A DNA stretch of 63,444 nt, counting the filler, from Octopus bimaculoides (lineage: Eukaryota), in the NCBI RefSeq assembly GCF_001194135.2. It is 9 parts of 9 records of this genome, joined end to end, with 100 filler letters (N's around TTAATTAATTAA, not from the genome) between each part and the next. Parts side by side here need not be neighbours in the genome. Positions count along the whole stretch, not along the records: positions 6,430 to 25,703 come from NC_068985.1; 8 more parts are not named here. The stretch is one strand, 5' to 3'. The number at the start of each line of letters is the position of its first letter. The first letter of the stretch is position 1. Position numbers and translations under genes: made by a program. This document shows positions 12,594-25,289 of the stretch, in pieces. The notes under the pieces are model-generated. The model saw only the letters and a list, made by a program, of their open reading frames with translations. It was not told the DNA's origin and did not search any database.

Positions 12594-12728
12594 GTGTGTC
12601 TGTCTGTGTGTCTGTCTGTCTGTGTGTCTGTCTGTGTGTCTGTCTGTCTGTGTGTCTGTCTGTCTGTGTGTCTGTCCGTCTGTGTGTCTGTCCGTCTGTG
12701 TGTCTGTCTGTCTGTGTGTCTGTCTGCC
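12520..12728. repeat. (ATCT)n grading into (GTCT/GTGT)n microsatellite
   Basis: Direct inspection. Confidence 0.9.
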
Positions 12729-12799
12729 TGCCAGGGTAGGTGATAGGATTTCGAAAGTTGCAGGTTGGGGTTGGGTTCATAATGATTCTGATATTTCAT

Positions 12800-13134
12800 G
12801 ATGATTCTGATATTTCATGATGATTCTGATATCAAGATCACTAATGCTGGTAAATTGTCCAGGAAAAGCTCGGGCCTTCAGGAGGGGCTTAGATATGGAA
12901 GGGTAGAAGTCAACAATGTCGAACTGGGTGAATTTGCAGGCTGACTTATTCTCGATTCCGCGGAACCAGCTTATTACAGCTACGCTGGAGTTCCATTGAA
13001 TCAACCCTGTAGCCCTTCTATTGTCAGAATTGATAGTATCGAGAATACGCTTTGTTAATGGGGCCTATCTCTCTTTTAGAAGGGTTGATCAGCCTGCATT
13101 TCGGTATGGAATAGAAATGAGGCTTATGGTCCTT
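12800..13134 (-). mobile_element. Penelope-like element reverse transcriptase fragment
   Basis: GLIQWNSSVAVISWFRGIENKSACKFTQFDIVDFYPSISKPLL: PLE RT 'FDIVxFYPSI' motif; its end carries a local 19-bp tandem duplication (ATGATTCTGATATTTCATG). Confidence 0.82.
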
Positions 13135-14689
13135 NNNNNNNNNNNNNNNNNNNNNNNNNNNNNNNNNNNNNNNNNNNNNNNNNNNNNNNNNNNNNNNNNN
13201 NNNNNNNNNNNNNNNNNNNNNNNNNNNNNNNNNNNNNNNNNNNNNNNNNNNNNNNNNNNNNNNNNNNNNNNNNNNNNNNNNNNNNNNNNNNNNNNNNNNN
13301 NNNNNNNNNNNNNNNNNNNNNNNNNNNNNNNNNNNNNNNNNNNNNNNNNNNNNNNNNNNNNNNNNNNNNNNNNNNNNNNNNNNNNNNNNNNNNNNNNNNN
13401 NNNNNNNNNNNNNNNNNNNNNNNNNNNNNNNNNNNNNNNNNNNNNNNNNNNNNNNNNNNNNNNNNNNNNNNNNNTATATATATATATATATATGTATACA
13501 TATATATCTGTGTGTGTGTGTGTATTTAAATCTTCTTTTGAAAATTAGAATTCATTTAATTAATTTGTATAACCTACAGTAAATTTGATAATTATAGTTA
13601 TTGTATGCATGCCATATTTTCTGATAATACCCATAGTGACAAAAGTATACTTCCAAAGTTACTCATCATATGACAGGTAACACTCTAGGACTAAGTGTAA
13701 TGATTAATTAATACATTATTTTGATTAACAAACATTTTGTAAATACATTAATTTCTTTTGCGCATATTAACTTCTGCGTTGGTTGCAAAACGTGTATGCG
13801 CATGCACATGCACATACACGCTCAACTTATATGGGACAGCACTAGTAGGATTATAATTAATGATATAAATAGCTTGAGATTGCTGCTCTGTCACTGATTC
13901 TTTTTCTCAAGTTTTGATGTACAAACTATACAATTGATGAATATTTTATTAAACTGTAATATTAGCTTTAAATACCATATTAGTTATTACTCGTAGGCGC
14001 AGTAAGGCCGAATGGCTAAGAAGTTCGCTTCGTAATCTCGAGGTTCTGGATTGAACCCGACAGAATGGCATCTTAGAAAAATGTCATTTTCTACAGCCAT
14101 GTGTGGCTACATACTTTGTGAGTAAAACTGGGTCGATAAAAACTGTATAGAAGCCCTGGTACTCCTCGAAGTTCTAGATTTCATCCCACTGAGTGGCATC
14201 TTGGACAAATGTAATTTTCTACGGCTCCGGGCCATTTCAGTTGTTGCTTGAACTGTGGGTACAATGTTTCTAGTGTTTCTAGGGAAGATTTCTGTACGTA
14301 AACCTATCTTGCCAGAAGACTGAAATGACCTTCTGGAAAGATTGCACGTCAAAACCCCTCCTGGACCTCAATGTGCTAGCTATATGGAATTCATGTCTCG
14401 CACCCACATATGAGAGTAAAAAGAGAGCCAGCCTGTTAAATGAGGACATTAATACGGTAGCTGAAATTGCTACTTAGAAAGATTGTTTTTTCTGAGTCTC
14501 CCAAAAGACAGAAACCTGTCTGGGACAATTTAAAATCTCCTCTTCTATTGTGTATAGTTGGAAATGATGCTACCTTGGGACCTGAACTGGGAGGATAAGG
14601 TTAGTTGTTGCTGTTATACTGAGAAATTAAGGAGGAGCGATGGTAGTATAGCATGTGAGTTTTGTGTGTTAATTTGTCAGACCTATATT

Positions 14690-15050
14690 TTCATAAGCTA
14701 TAACGGCTGCTGTGATAATAACCCGTAGGGCTTCCTGAGTATTGTCATCAACATATTGTACTCAATTATCAATTCATAACTGAATTTTGTGAACTGTACC
14801 CTTCTGATATAGAAACGGCTCCCGTCGTGTAAACTGATTCCCGCCTCATCTTCATCTTTCCATAGAGCAACGTGGTCATGCAAACGCGGAGGATAGTAAA
14901 CAATACATGGCCTAGCACGCAACCTTGTTTTACTCTCGTTTGTATATTCACAAGCTCAAGTTTCTGTCCTCCAGCAGCAACTCGATCCATCATCCCTGAG
15001 TGGAAGGCAGATCTGTTATATACGGAAAGCGTTCTGGACAAGATGAATTA
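14690..15050 (-). mobile_element. RTE-clade LINE RT fragment, decayed
   Basis: IQTRVKQGCVLGHVLFTIL...DGSRFYIRR resembles RTE 'GVKQGCVLAPTLF...DGKLFNLRR'. Confidence 0.72.
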
Positions 15051-15059
15051 CAAGATAAA

Positions 15060-15735
15060 GACAAAAACGAAGAGGGAAGGATAAACGGGTGCTCGATCAG
15101 TTCTTGTGAGAGATACCAAAAAGACACCGAATAAAAGATGGTTGTGGTTACAAAAAGTGACCTGGAACCTAAAAGAGAGGTCTTGATAAGTGCAGCACAG
15201 AAACAAGCATTGAAAACAAACTGCATCTAGTAAACTTGATAAATCAACAGAATCTGATAAATGCGGAATATGTGCTGAAACTTGAGAGACAGTGTGGCAC
15301 ATTTTAAACGAATGCGGCAAAGTAGCTCAGAGAAAATGCAAGAAAAAGTTATGACATGTTTGGATTGGAATGAGCCAGAAAGTTATATAAATACGAAACA
15401 ACGGGTGTGGTAGAAAATGACAGAATAAAGATCTTTTGGGACTTCATGATCTAATGAGATCATAGAATCGAACATCAGAAGTCCGATATTGTAGTGGTAG
15501 ACTAAGGAAAAAAAAATCATGTCTGATCATTGGCATCGCTTGCCCTGATGGCAGCAAAATCGTCGCAAGAGGAGAAAAACTGACGCGACATGAAACTCTG
15601 AGGATAGAAATCAAAAAGTTGTGACCAATGTAAAAAGTGTATATTATGCCAATAATTGTTGGTGCCCTACAGTGAGTAACAAAAATTGAAAATTGGTTGG
15701 AAATTATAGGAATAAAAATAAAAAATAGAGCATAT
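15060..15735 (+). mobile_element. R4/Dong-clade LINE 3' fragment (CCHC knuckle + RLE), decayed
   Basis: SDLEPKREVLISAAQKQALKTN...SDKCGICAET*ETVWHILNECGKVAQ... followed by decayed WDF...RSPDIVVV and VPIIVGAL motifs. Confidence 0.78.
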
Positions 15736-15872
15736 CAGAAAGCAGTATTACTTGGCTGCGCGTGGAATCTCCGCGAAGTTCTCCAGACTTGAAAAGTACC
15801 ACCTTAGTTCCCAGCTGGCACATTCATGACACCTCCGGCAACAAGTGAGTATGTTAGATATGGTGATGATAA

Positions 15873-15899
<27 letters not shown>

Positions 15900-15903
<4 letters not shown>

Positions 15904-16465
15904 TGCTCTGATGCAGTACCAAGCGCTGGCTCTCATGGCTTTTGACCTTAACTGATTGGAAGTGCTATGTACATTGTTTTGTCTTCGTATAAAAGATGGG
16001 ATACAACAAATATTTTGCTCAATACCACAGATTTGCTTGTTAGTTGTTTGACCGTAACCAGTTGAACATGTCCCTTAGTGGTTGACGATACGCGCATCTC
16101 TGATCACTAGCAGAAGTAGTGGAAGAGCATCATAACCATATGTTGAGAAGAATTCTTTAGTATTTGGATAATTACCCCTAGAAACATGGGTGTTTCTTCC
16201 AACATCCTTAAACAACCCTTATTTAGGGACCTTTTGAGCAGGATGGGTCACTCGACCCGAAGAAAATTCTAAATGGGCCCCACTTGCAAGGTCATGCGCT
16301 GTTTATCTTGATATGAAATCATCATATCGCGCACATATGGTTGTGATGCATGTGCCTGGTGTACCCTTATCAGACGGGTAGTCATTATGGGTATACTGAG
16401 CTTTGTATATTTTACTCCAGTGTTACTTTGATTGCATGCAATGCTCTCTCACTCAATGATAATAA
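15900..16465 (+). repeat. Unclassified interspersed repeat (family 4) with (AAT)n tail
   Basis: Second copy on the minus strand at about 57150-57500 (shared CATGTGCCTGGTGTACCCTTATCAGACG.GTAGTCAT.ATGG.TATACT); no ORF. Confidence 0.7.
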
Positions 16466-16693
16466 TAATAATGGTTTCAAATTTTGCCACAAGGGCAGTA
16501 ATTTTTTGGGGGAGAGGGGACGAGTTGATTACATCGACCCCAGTGCTCAACTGATACTTATTTTATCGACCTCGAAAGGATGAAAGGCAATGTCGAATTT
16601 GAACTCAGAACGTGAAAACGAACGAAATACCGCTGAACATTTCGCCCGGCGTGCTAACAATTCTACCAGCTCACTGCCATGCTGCTGCTGCTG

Positions 16694-16749
<56 letters not shown>

Positions 16750-16779
16750 GATAATGATGATGATGATGATGATGATAAT

Positions 16780-17760
16780 TAACAAAGAACTGCACCCAGA
16801 AAGCGACATTGATAGATTGCATGTACCTAGCAACAAGGGAGGAAGAGGCCTCATAGGATGCAAGATCTGTGTTTCCAAAAAGAAAGACAGTATAGTATGA
16901 TGCATCAAACAACAGAGTGAATCTTTGTTTGCCGCTGTTAGAAGTAATAACATGATACCCGTCGAAAATGTGACGCACCCACCAAATTTTAAGAAACATG
17001 ATGAAGAACAGAGAATAAAGAATTGGAAAATGAAAACAATGCATGGGCAGTACCTCTGAGAAATCGAAGGGAAAGACAAGACCAACAGCTGGAGATTGCT
17101 AAGAAAAAGTGATCTGAAAGGATTCACTGTGGCATTGATGTGCAACGCCCAAGGGACAAGCCCTGAGAATTACACAAAGTTCGAAAAAGATAAGAGCAGC
17201 GAATCGTCCCTTTGTTTTTGTGGCAGCAAAAACAAAACAATCTCACATATTGTGAGTGAGTGTAGCAAGCTGACCCAAAAGCACTACAAAAGGATGCACG
17301 ATAACGTGGCTAAGTTTATTCGGTGTAGCTCAGAAATGGGACAAGCATGAACCAGAAGGTGTCACTGAGAACAATGAATATAAGATCCCGTGGGATTTTA
17401 CAATCCGATATGACTCCCTAATCGATTCTCGGAGACCAGGCATTGCTGTAGCAGACAAAAAGAATAAAGGAAACTAAAATCATAGATATTGCCATATCTG
17501 GAAATGCACACGTAGATGACAAAGAGCTGGAAAAGATGGAGAAATGCAGACTACTGAAAGACGAAATTGCAAGAATGTGGGCAATGAGGAGAGTAAGTAT
17601 TGTCCCAGTAGTCGTAGGGGCAGTGGGAGCACTAACAACCAGGTTCGAGAAATATGTCGGAGAAATTGGAATTGATATGAGGGCAGAGCAGGCCCCCCCT
17701 CCAAACTGCTCTATTGGGGATAGCTAGGATTTTGAGATTGGTGCATGGGTGTTGAGTGTC
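16780..17760 (+). mobile_element. R4/Dong-clade LINE 3' fragment (RT end, CCHC, RLE), decayed
   Basis: KELHPESDIDRLHVPSNKGGRGLI...WRLLRKSDLKGFTVALMCNAQ...FCGSKNKTISHIVSECSKLTQKHYKRMHDNVA...EKCRLLKDEIARMWAMRRVSIVPVVVGAVG. Confidence 0.85.
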
Positions 17761-17959
17761 TTGCACGATAAGTTAATATCCAGGTACCAAAGCTTATAAT
17801 TTGCGGAAAGAGACCCTATGAGACCTCTGACAATAGGTTGCTGTTCGCTCTCACAGAATCAACCAGAGCTCTAAGTAGTAAAACAACAACAACAACAATA
17901 ACAACAACAACAACAACTGCAACAACAACAGTAACATCAACAACAATAATGGATTCACA

Positions 17960-18315
17960 TTATGGGATAAGACCAGAAATATCGGGGAAGGAGCTCCATT
18001 AAAATATACCCCAGTGCTTAACTGGTACTTATTTTATCAACCCCGAAAGGATGAAAGGCAAAGTCGACCTCACCGGAATTTGAACTCAAAACGTAAGGAT
18101 GGACGAAATGCCGCTAAGCATTTTGTCCTCCGTGCTAACTATTCTCCCATCCTTTCTACTATAGGTACAAAGCCTGAAATTTGGGACAGGGGGATAATCA
18201 ATTACATCGACCCCAGTGTTCCACTGGTACTTAATTCATCGACCCCTAGAGGATGAAAGGCAAAGTCGACCTCGGCGGAATTTGAACTGAGAACGTAGCG
18301 GCAGACGAAATACCA
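17960..18315 (-). mobile_element. SINE family 1, two tandem copies
   Basis: Two reverse-complement family bodies head to tail. Confidence 0.8.
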
Positions 18316-18322
18316 ATAACGG

Positions 18323-18353
<31 letters not shown>

Positions 18354-18382
18354 NNNNNNNNNNGACGAAATACCAATAACGG

Positions 18383-18434
<52 letters not shown>

Positions 18435-18443
18435 AATAATAAT

Positions 18444-18770
18444 AAGAGCACTCAGAGAGCGCCAACCTTTGCCAAGGCAACACCAACGTCCTCTCAACGA
18501 TTAGCCGGGGATGATTTTTAAAATAAGAATATCTGAAATAAACGCGACTGCTCTCGCAGACGGGAATATTAAAAATTAACCCGACCGTTCTCAAAAATTA
18601 AGTTAAGAAACCGGAAAAATAATCCAGAATCCTTTTCCGGTACTGGATCGATCTCAAAATCTAATCAGTTCGTGCCAGTCACGAGGCCAAACATCCTTGA
18701 AAGTTTCATCCAAATCCATCCAGCTGTTCTTGAGATATCTTGTCCACGGGCAAACAAACAAACAAGCAAA
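18444..18770 (+). mobile_element. Non-autonomous Helitron/Helentron-like (HINE-type) element, 3' end lost in gap
   Basis: Starts AAGAGCACTCAGAGAGCG; contains GAAAGTTTCATCCAAATCCATCCAGCTGTTCTTGAGATATC followed by (CAAA)n, the layout recalled for Lep1/DINE-like elements. Confidence 0.45.
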
Positions 18771-18786
18771 NNNNNNNNNNAATAAT

Positions 18787-18860
<74 letters not shown>

Positions 18861-18959
18861 AATAGTAATTTTGTCTGGAAGTTACATGGAGCTGAGTGGA
18901 AGAATGGAAGAGGAGGGCGAATGACAGTATGCAAAATATGTGATGCAGTCCTCCTGATC

Positions 18960-19330
18960 CAGAACCTCCATTTAGGGATAATCAAGGAACCCCGCAAGTC
19001 CAGGATTACCTTGATCCTCAGGAGCACGAGCCGTCGTCCAACTGTTGTCCTCCGATCTACAGGTGCATTCTTAAAGCAGCTTCATTCACCTTAACAGTTC
19101 TTACCTCTGTCATCCACCTTTTGACAAATTCACTGGAAAAGAGCACTTTTTATGTAGAACTTCAAAAAGTCGATGAGGTCTTGACCAAACATCAAGATGT
19201 CTGTTCAAAATCATTTGGGCCTCGTCCACTGCACAGCCTCTTTAGCGATAGCCACTAAGCAGAGAGACATTGCCAGCCTGTCCGTCAAGAGCGATAGAGG
19301 TCGCTACCTGCTGTTCACTTTGGTATTCTC
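18960..19330 (-). mobile_element. Tx1/L1-like LINE 3' fragment, decayed
   Basis: Translation resembles the better-preserved 3' end at 62640-63444 (...FVKRWM...VKVNEAALRMHL versus FVERWVNVTRMARVNEPALTMCL). Confidence 0.55.
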
Positions 19331-19394
19331 ATAGCTGGAGAAGGATTAGGGTTATGGTTAGATGAGGTGTGTAGTCAGTACTACCAAAAAGTGT

Positions 19395-19795
19395 AGGCGC
19401 AGGAGTGGCTATGTGGTAAGTAGCTAGCTTACCAGCCATATGGCTCCGGGTTCAGTCCCACTGCATGACATCTACTATAGCCGCGGGCCGACCAAATCCT
19501 TGTGAGTGGATTTGGTAGACGGAAACTGAAAGAAGCCCGTCGTATATATGTATATATATATATATGTATATGTCTATGTGTGTGTGTCTGTGTTTGTCCC
19601 CCTAGCATTGCTTGACAACCGATGCTGGTGTGCTTATGTCCTAGTCACTTAGCGGTTCGGCAAAAGAGATCGATAGAATAAGTACTAGGCTTACAAAGAG
19701 TAAGTCCCGGGGTCGATTTGCTCGACTAAAGGCGGTGCTCCAGCATGGCCGCAGTCAAACGACTGAAACAAGTAAAAGAGTAAAAGAGTAAAAGA
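19395..19795 (+). mobile_element. tRNA-derived SINE family 2 with internal (TA)/(TG) tract and (AAGAGTA)n-like tail
   Basis: Head GGAGTGGCTATGTGGTAAG...GGGTTCAGTCCCACTG, body CCTTGTGAGTGGATTTGGTAGACGGAAACTG. Other copies near 6470-6690, 30090-30415, 34530-34750, 40105-40490, 42490-42740, 60200-60800 and 61000-61160. Confidence 0.82.
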
Positions 19796-20038
19796 GTTAT
19801 TCAAGGCTTCTCTAATGAAATATCTAAGTGTTTCGTATGCAGCCGGAGGTGTACGTTTAGGATTGGGATGATGTACAGTTGTCAAAAGGTCTAGAACTGA
19901 AGGAGCAGCTGGTCATCATGGGATTTGATGGACAATCATAAAACAAATATATGTGTATATGTTTGTGTAAATACACGTATGTACATGCGTGTGAGTTTAT
20001 ATTTGCGTATATTTGTGTTTGTGTTAATGTATATGCGT

Positions 20039-20420
20039 GGAGGCGCAATGGCCCAGTGGTTAGGGCAGCGGACTCGCAGTCATAGGATCGCGGTTTCGAT
20101 TCCCAGACAGGGCATTGTGAGTGTTTATTGAGCGAAAACACCTAAAGCTCCACGAGGCTCCGGCAGGGGATAGTGGCTAACCCTGCTGTACTCTTCCACC
20201 ACAACTTTCTCTCATTCTTTCTTCCTGTTTCTGTTGTGCCTGTAATTCAAAGGGTCAGCCTTGTCACTCTGTGTCACGCTGAATGTCCCCGAGAACTACG
20301 TTAAGGGTACACGTGTCTGTGGAGTGCTCAGCCACTTGCACGTTAATTTCACGAGCAGGCTGTTCCGTTGATCGGATCAACTGGAACCCTTAACGTCGTA
20401 AGCGACGGAGTGCCAACAAC
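20039..20420 (+). mobile_element. SINE family 3, full length
   Basis: GGAGGCGCAATGGCCCAGTGGTTAGGGCAGCGGACTCG...GGTTTCGATTCCC head; ends ACGGAGTGCCAACAAC. Other copies at 5500, 24915, 33765, 38465 and 45785. Confidence 0.88.
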
Positions 20421-20529
20421 AACAATGTATATGTATTGATTTCTAATCAATAAAACAGATCAATTGCCGATCAACCAGTAAACAGTTACCGCTTCTGCTG
20501 CACCATGCTCTTGTTTGATGAGGCTGGGG

Positions 20530-20785
20530 GGATCATCCCAGGTAAGTGGTCCCAGAGATACCATCATGCATTGAGCCGACCAGGTCCACCAGTGCTCTCC
20601 ATCGCTGGCGGTTTCGTGTCAGTTCCTCTGCATCCTCCACAGTGACGTCGAGCCTCTGAAGAACTTCCCCAGTCACATCCAGCCATCTGAGGCAGAGCCT
20701 GCCACGTGGCCACTTCCAGCTTGCAGCAGCTGTGTCGAATGAGAGTAAAGCCATAGTACAGGGTATGACAGAAAAAAATCGGATC
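20530..20785 (-). mobile_element. RTE-like LINE 3' end
   Basis: WKWPRGRLCLRWLDV...TVEDAEELTRNRQRWRALV matches the RTE C-terminal 'RPRGRPRLRW.D...A.DR..WR..V' pattern. Confidence 0.7.
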
Positions 20786-22924
20786 NNNNNNNNNNNNNNN
20801 NNNNNNNNNNNNNNNNNNNNNNNNNNNNNNNNNNNNNNNNNNNNNNNNNNNNNNNNNNNNNNNNNNNNNNNNNNNNNNNNNNNNNNNNNNNNNNNNNNNN
20901 NNNNNNNNNNNNNNNNNNNNNNNNNNNNNNNNNNNNNNNNNNNNNNNNNNNNNNNNNNNNNNNNNNNNNNNNNNNNNNNNNNNNNNNNNNNNNNNNNNNN
21001 NNNNNNNNNNNNNNNNNNNNNNNNNNNNNNNNNNNNNNNNNNNNNNNNNNNNNNNNNNNNNNNNNNNNNNNNNNNNNNNNNNNNNNNNNNNNNNNNNNNN
21101 NNNNNNNNNNNNNNNNNNNNNNNNNNNNNNNNNNNNNNNNNNNNNNNNNNNNNNNNNNNNNNNNNNNNNNNNNNNNNNNNNNNNNNNNNNNNNNNNNNNN
21201 NNNNNNNNNNNNNNNNNNNNNNNNNNNNNNNNNNNNNNNNNNNNNNNNNNNNNNNNNNNNNNNNNNNNNNNNNNNNNNNNNNNNNNNNNNNNNNNNNNNN
21301 NNNNNNNNNNNNNNNNNNNNNNNNNNNNNNNNNNNNNNNNNNNNNNNNNNNNNNNNNNNNNNNNNNNNNNNNNNNNNNNNNNNNNNNNNNNNNNNNNNNN
21401 NNNNNNNNNNNNNNNNNNNNNNNNNNNNNNNNNNNNNNNNNNNNNNNNNNNNNNNNNNNNNNNNNNNNNNNNNNNNNNNNNNTCCATACTTTACTGAAAA
21501 AGCTCCCATACTTTACGGGAAAATCTCTTTCACATACTGAGTGTAGCGCTGGCGAGATTAGGTAGTTGGTAAAGAAGTCTTCATATCGCTAGTATTTTAA
21601 TATTTTATCGTTTTTTTTTAATTACCGTGTTGAAACGTTTATCAAAAATGGTGATTCTAGGAGGGTGCTTTTGTTGCACCCTGTATTTAGCTCATACAAT
21701 TCTGTCCAATCAATTAACTTGCTTTTAAAACTATGCAGTTATTTATCCATAAACCATCGCTGTTATTGAATTTCAATAACTAGTTATCGATACAGTCAAT
21801 AACTTTGATTGAAATTGACGATACTGAAAAAATAAAAATAAAAAGCGAAAATTTCATTTAATTCCTGCTGATGCTGTTTAGACCATAAATTCTTTAGGTT
21901 TGTCTCAACACAAGGATACAGACTAATTTACGTCATAAGATTTATGATTACATCAAGAACATTTTAGCAAATTGGCAGCTAGGTAAAAAACAAAAAAACA
22001 AATCTGTGGTTCCGGTTATGTGTCAAGAAAACTGAAATAAAGAAAACTTAAAAAAGACTGATTTTTCGGACGAAAAATACTTAAGTCCGAAAAGGTGGCG
22101 AGGTGACAGAATCATTATCACGTCAGACAAAATGACTCTTTAGGTTCTGAGTTCAAATCCCACATAAGTTAATTTTACCTTTCATCTTTTCTGGGTCGAT
22201 AAGATATGATATCAATCAAATACTTGAGTCGATGTATTCAACTTGCACCCTCCCATCAAAATTGCCGACCCTGAATCTTACAGCGGACCGGCGTTTCTGT
22301 TTACGGGGAATGCTGTGACCTCGGCAATTTATACGCCATTGAAACCAGGTAACAAACCTCATGAGTTTTAGAGCTAATGAAAGAAACAATATGAAAATTA
22401 CGATTGCGTAGTATTTTTATCATAGAGTGTAGGATGACAGGAATTTCTGGAAATTCATGTTATTTGCGATACGTTAACGTTACTCGCTTGTACCATTCAA
22501 CCGAAATAGATTTTTATGCTTCTTTTGACCTTTGATTAAAATGTTTCCTTACATCTCACCTCAGTTGTCATCACCATACATTTTTGAATAAAAGCAAATC
22601 ACCAGCAAAACCAATGACCCAGTCTTCGGTAATACGACAATGGTCTGTACTTGTTTGAAGATTATATAAAACAATTTCTGTTGAACCTCTACATATCTTC
22701 AAACTTGCCCGACCTTTGTGAAATAGACGTGAATGTCATATAACCGCTTTTTATTCCGCCCTGTATCTGAAACCTTATGTACACAAAACATAAACATACA
22801 CACGCATAGATTAGTGCTCGCGCATATATAGACAAGCCCACACCCAGATACACATACACACGCACACAGTCAGTTATATATGTGGTAAACAGCGTAGTTA
22901 GACGCTATTTTTCCTTGTCAAATA

Positions 22925-22970
<46 letters not shown>

Positions 22971-24699
22971 CGGAATAACGCTGTCATGTCTACAGCAGAT
23001 GTGGGTTCGTGTTCCACGGGCAGCCTCCGACTTTTTCTATCTAAAGCTATTATTTAGAGCTTTATGTGATGTGCTGCGAGATAAAAAAAAAAATTATCTT
23101 ACGTTATCTCAAAAGTTTACACAAAATTCCTATGACGTCAACCACAACCCAATCCCGGTATCGCCCACTAAAACTAACACGCAAGATGTATTCAGAAAGA
23201 TCACTAAGCTTCTGAAGAAGTCTGGTAGTTCTGTCTTCATTAGGGAATAGGCTTCTAATAGGGCACTACTTTCGTATCAACTCACGTTTAGATTCCGCAA
23301 GATCTTAAAGAAATAGGTTTTCTATATTTTCGAAACAACACAGCCATCATAGATTCTCCAAGCAAACCAGTACAGTGTACCTCTCGCTGTCGGCCAAGCT
23401 ATGAACCAGGACAGTGTATCAAAAACTCTAATGTCGCTGATGATTACCACATCAAAATCAAGTTACTTGAGGTCATGGGACAGGTGGCTCTTCTCCAGCA
23501 ATGGGCATTGAAATATACACTGCTGTAGTCGAAAGAAGAGACAAAAAAAGTAGCAGAAGTTGTATTTATGTCTTCAGAGTTTTTGCTTTAGCTCTTCAAA
23601 GGGGTTCGTATGGTATAGGAGCTTTAGTACAGGATCAAAGGGGTTCGTAAGGTATATGTGCTTTAGTACAGGGATGAAATACTTTTGCTTCGTTGTTATA
23701 CTATGACTATTATTTTACCAACAGCCTATTCTTTTAAGTGACGGTACGTAGACTAGTGCTTACGGTGCTGCATTCACGATCTTGCGATCGTGATTTCGAT
23801 TCCTGGACTGGGCAGTGCGTTCTGTTCTTCAGCAAAACACTTCATTTCTCGTCGCTCCAGTCCATTCACATGTAAATGAATAACCCTGCGACAGATTGGC
23901 GTCCAGTTCAGAGGGCGTATTTTGATCTTGGTTATTTATACGCCATGGAAACCGGGTAACCGGCACCATGAGTATTAGAACTTGAAGCAAGAATGTCAAG
24001 GGAATGATGATGATATCCTTTGAAAGTTTCTGGAAGAAATCTTTTAGATCTTCGACTATCAAAGTGTTTTATTATTGTTTTGTAAGTACATTCATGTTAT
24101 TTCTTCAATCAGCCATCAAACTCAAGACTTGTAGGTGAACGGCTGACTTTCCATGGGTGATTCTGACTCTCATTGCTTTCAGACAGGATGGCCTCTTTAT
24201 GATTGTCACTTGTTATCAAGTTTCATTTCCTCCCTATGGCCGGAAGAAGATTGTCTGGAACGTTATCTGGAATTTCCGACTGACTGTGTTAGAAGTAAAT
24301 CGTATTACTCCGGAAGAGAAAATCGTTTGCTAGCAATAAGACCTTCAAAAGGATATCACTGTTTGAGGATTTCAACTTCCAGAAGTTTACCAGATAAAGA
24401 TGATGAAATGGCTAAATGATGGATCATATTAAACTCCATAATAATTTACTTTTGCTTTTTTCACAAGCTTTGAAAGGGCATTTTGAAGACGAAATACGAG
24501 CTTTAAGTTAATGTAAACAAGTTTATTACGGAGGACGGGTAATATAAATTGTGATTTTTATACATTTATTCGTGTAAACTGTACATCTAGTGACCTCTGC
24601 ATTTTGAAATAGGTTAAAGATGATTTTGATATAGGTTAAAAATATCAAACTTTGGAGATGAGGAATAATTGGTTATATTGACCTCGTGATAAAAAGAAA

Positions 24700-25200
24700 T
24701 AATAATCGATCCCAGTGTTCAAACGGTACTTATTTTATTGATTCTGAAAGGATGAAAGGCAAAATCGACTTCGGCGGAATTTGAACTTAGAACGTAGCGG
24801 TAGACGAAATATCGCCAACCATTTCGCCCGGCGTGCTAATATTTCTGCCAGTTCGCCGCCTTAATAATAACAATAAAACAATCTCAGCAGAAGAACACAA
24901 CTCGCATGTATACAAATACTGGTACTCCGTCTGTTACGACGCCAAGGGTTCCAGTTGATCCGATCAACGGAACAGCCTGCTCAAGAAATTAACGTGCAAG
25001 TAGCTGAGCAATCCACAGACACGTGTATCCTTATTGTAGTTCTCAAAGAGATTCAGCGTGACACAGAATGTGACAAGGCTGGTCCTTTGAAATACAGGTA
25101 CTACTAATTTTTTCCAGCAAAGTGGACTGGAGTAACGTGAAATAAAGTGTCTTGCTCAAGGACACAACTCACGACCCTACGATCATGAGCCGAATACGCC
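24700..25200 (-). mobile_element. Adjacent SINE family 1 (24700-24862) and partial SINE family 3 (24915-25200)
   Basis: Reverse-complement matches to the family bodies. Confidence 0.78.
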
Positions 25201-25289
25201 AGACTCAAACCAACCCCCATAACAAAATCAACTGATGTAGTACAACAACAACAACAACAACAACAATAATAATAATAATGTGACAACAG

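Noticed and set aside
18304-18420. Direct duplication GACGAAATACCAATAACGGTGATGATG on both sides of a 10-N gap
   Set aside because: Typical unmerged contig overlap at a microsatellite; an assembly artefact.
20039-20110. tRNA-like sequence with A and B boxes (also heads of SINE families 1 and 2)
   Set aside because: It continues into a multi-copy SINE body and lacks a proper acceptor stem and terminator; a SINE head, not a tRNA gene.
22550-22770. Minus-strand segment with exon-like acceptor and GTGAGA donor
   Set aside because: All three frames contain stops between the sites, and there is no recognisable domain.
23345-23530. Open frame AIIDSPSKPVQCTSRCRPSYEPGQCIKNSNVADDYHIKIKLLEVMGQ after a possible acceptor
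   Set aside because: No recognisable domain, weak donors, and two scaffold joins from the supported exons.
24153-24419. 88-aa ORF MGDSDSHCFQTGWPLY...
   Set aside because: No motif or convincing splice structure; within chance expectation.
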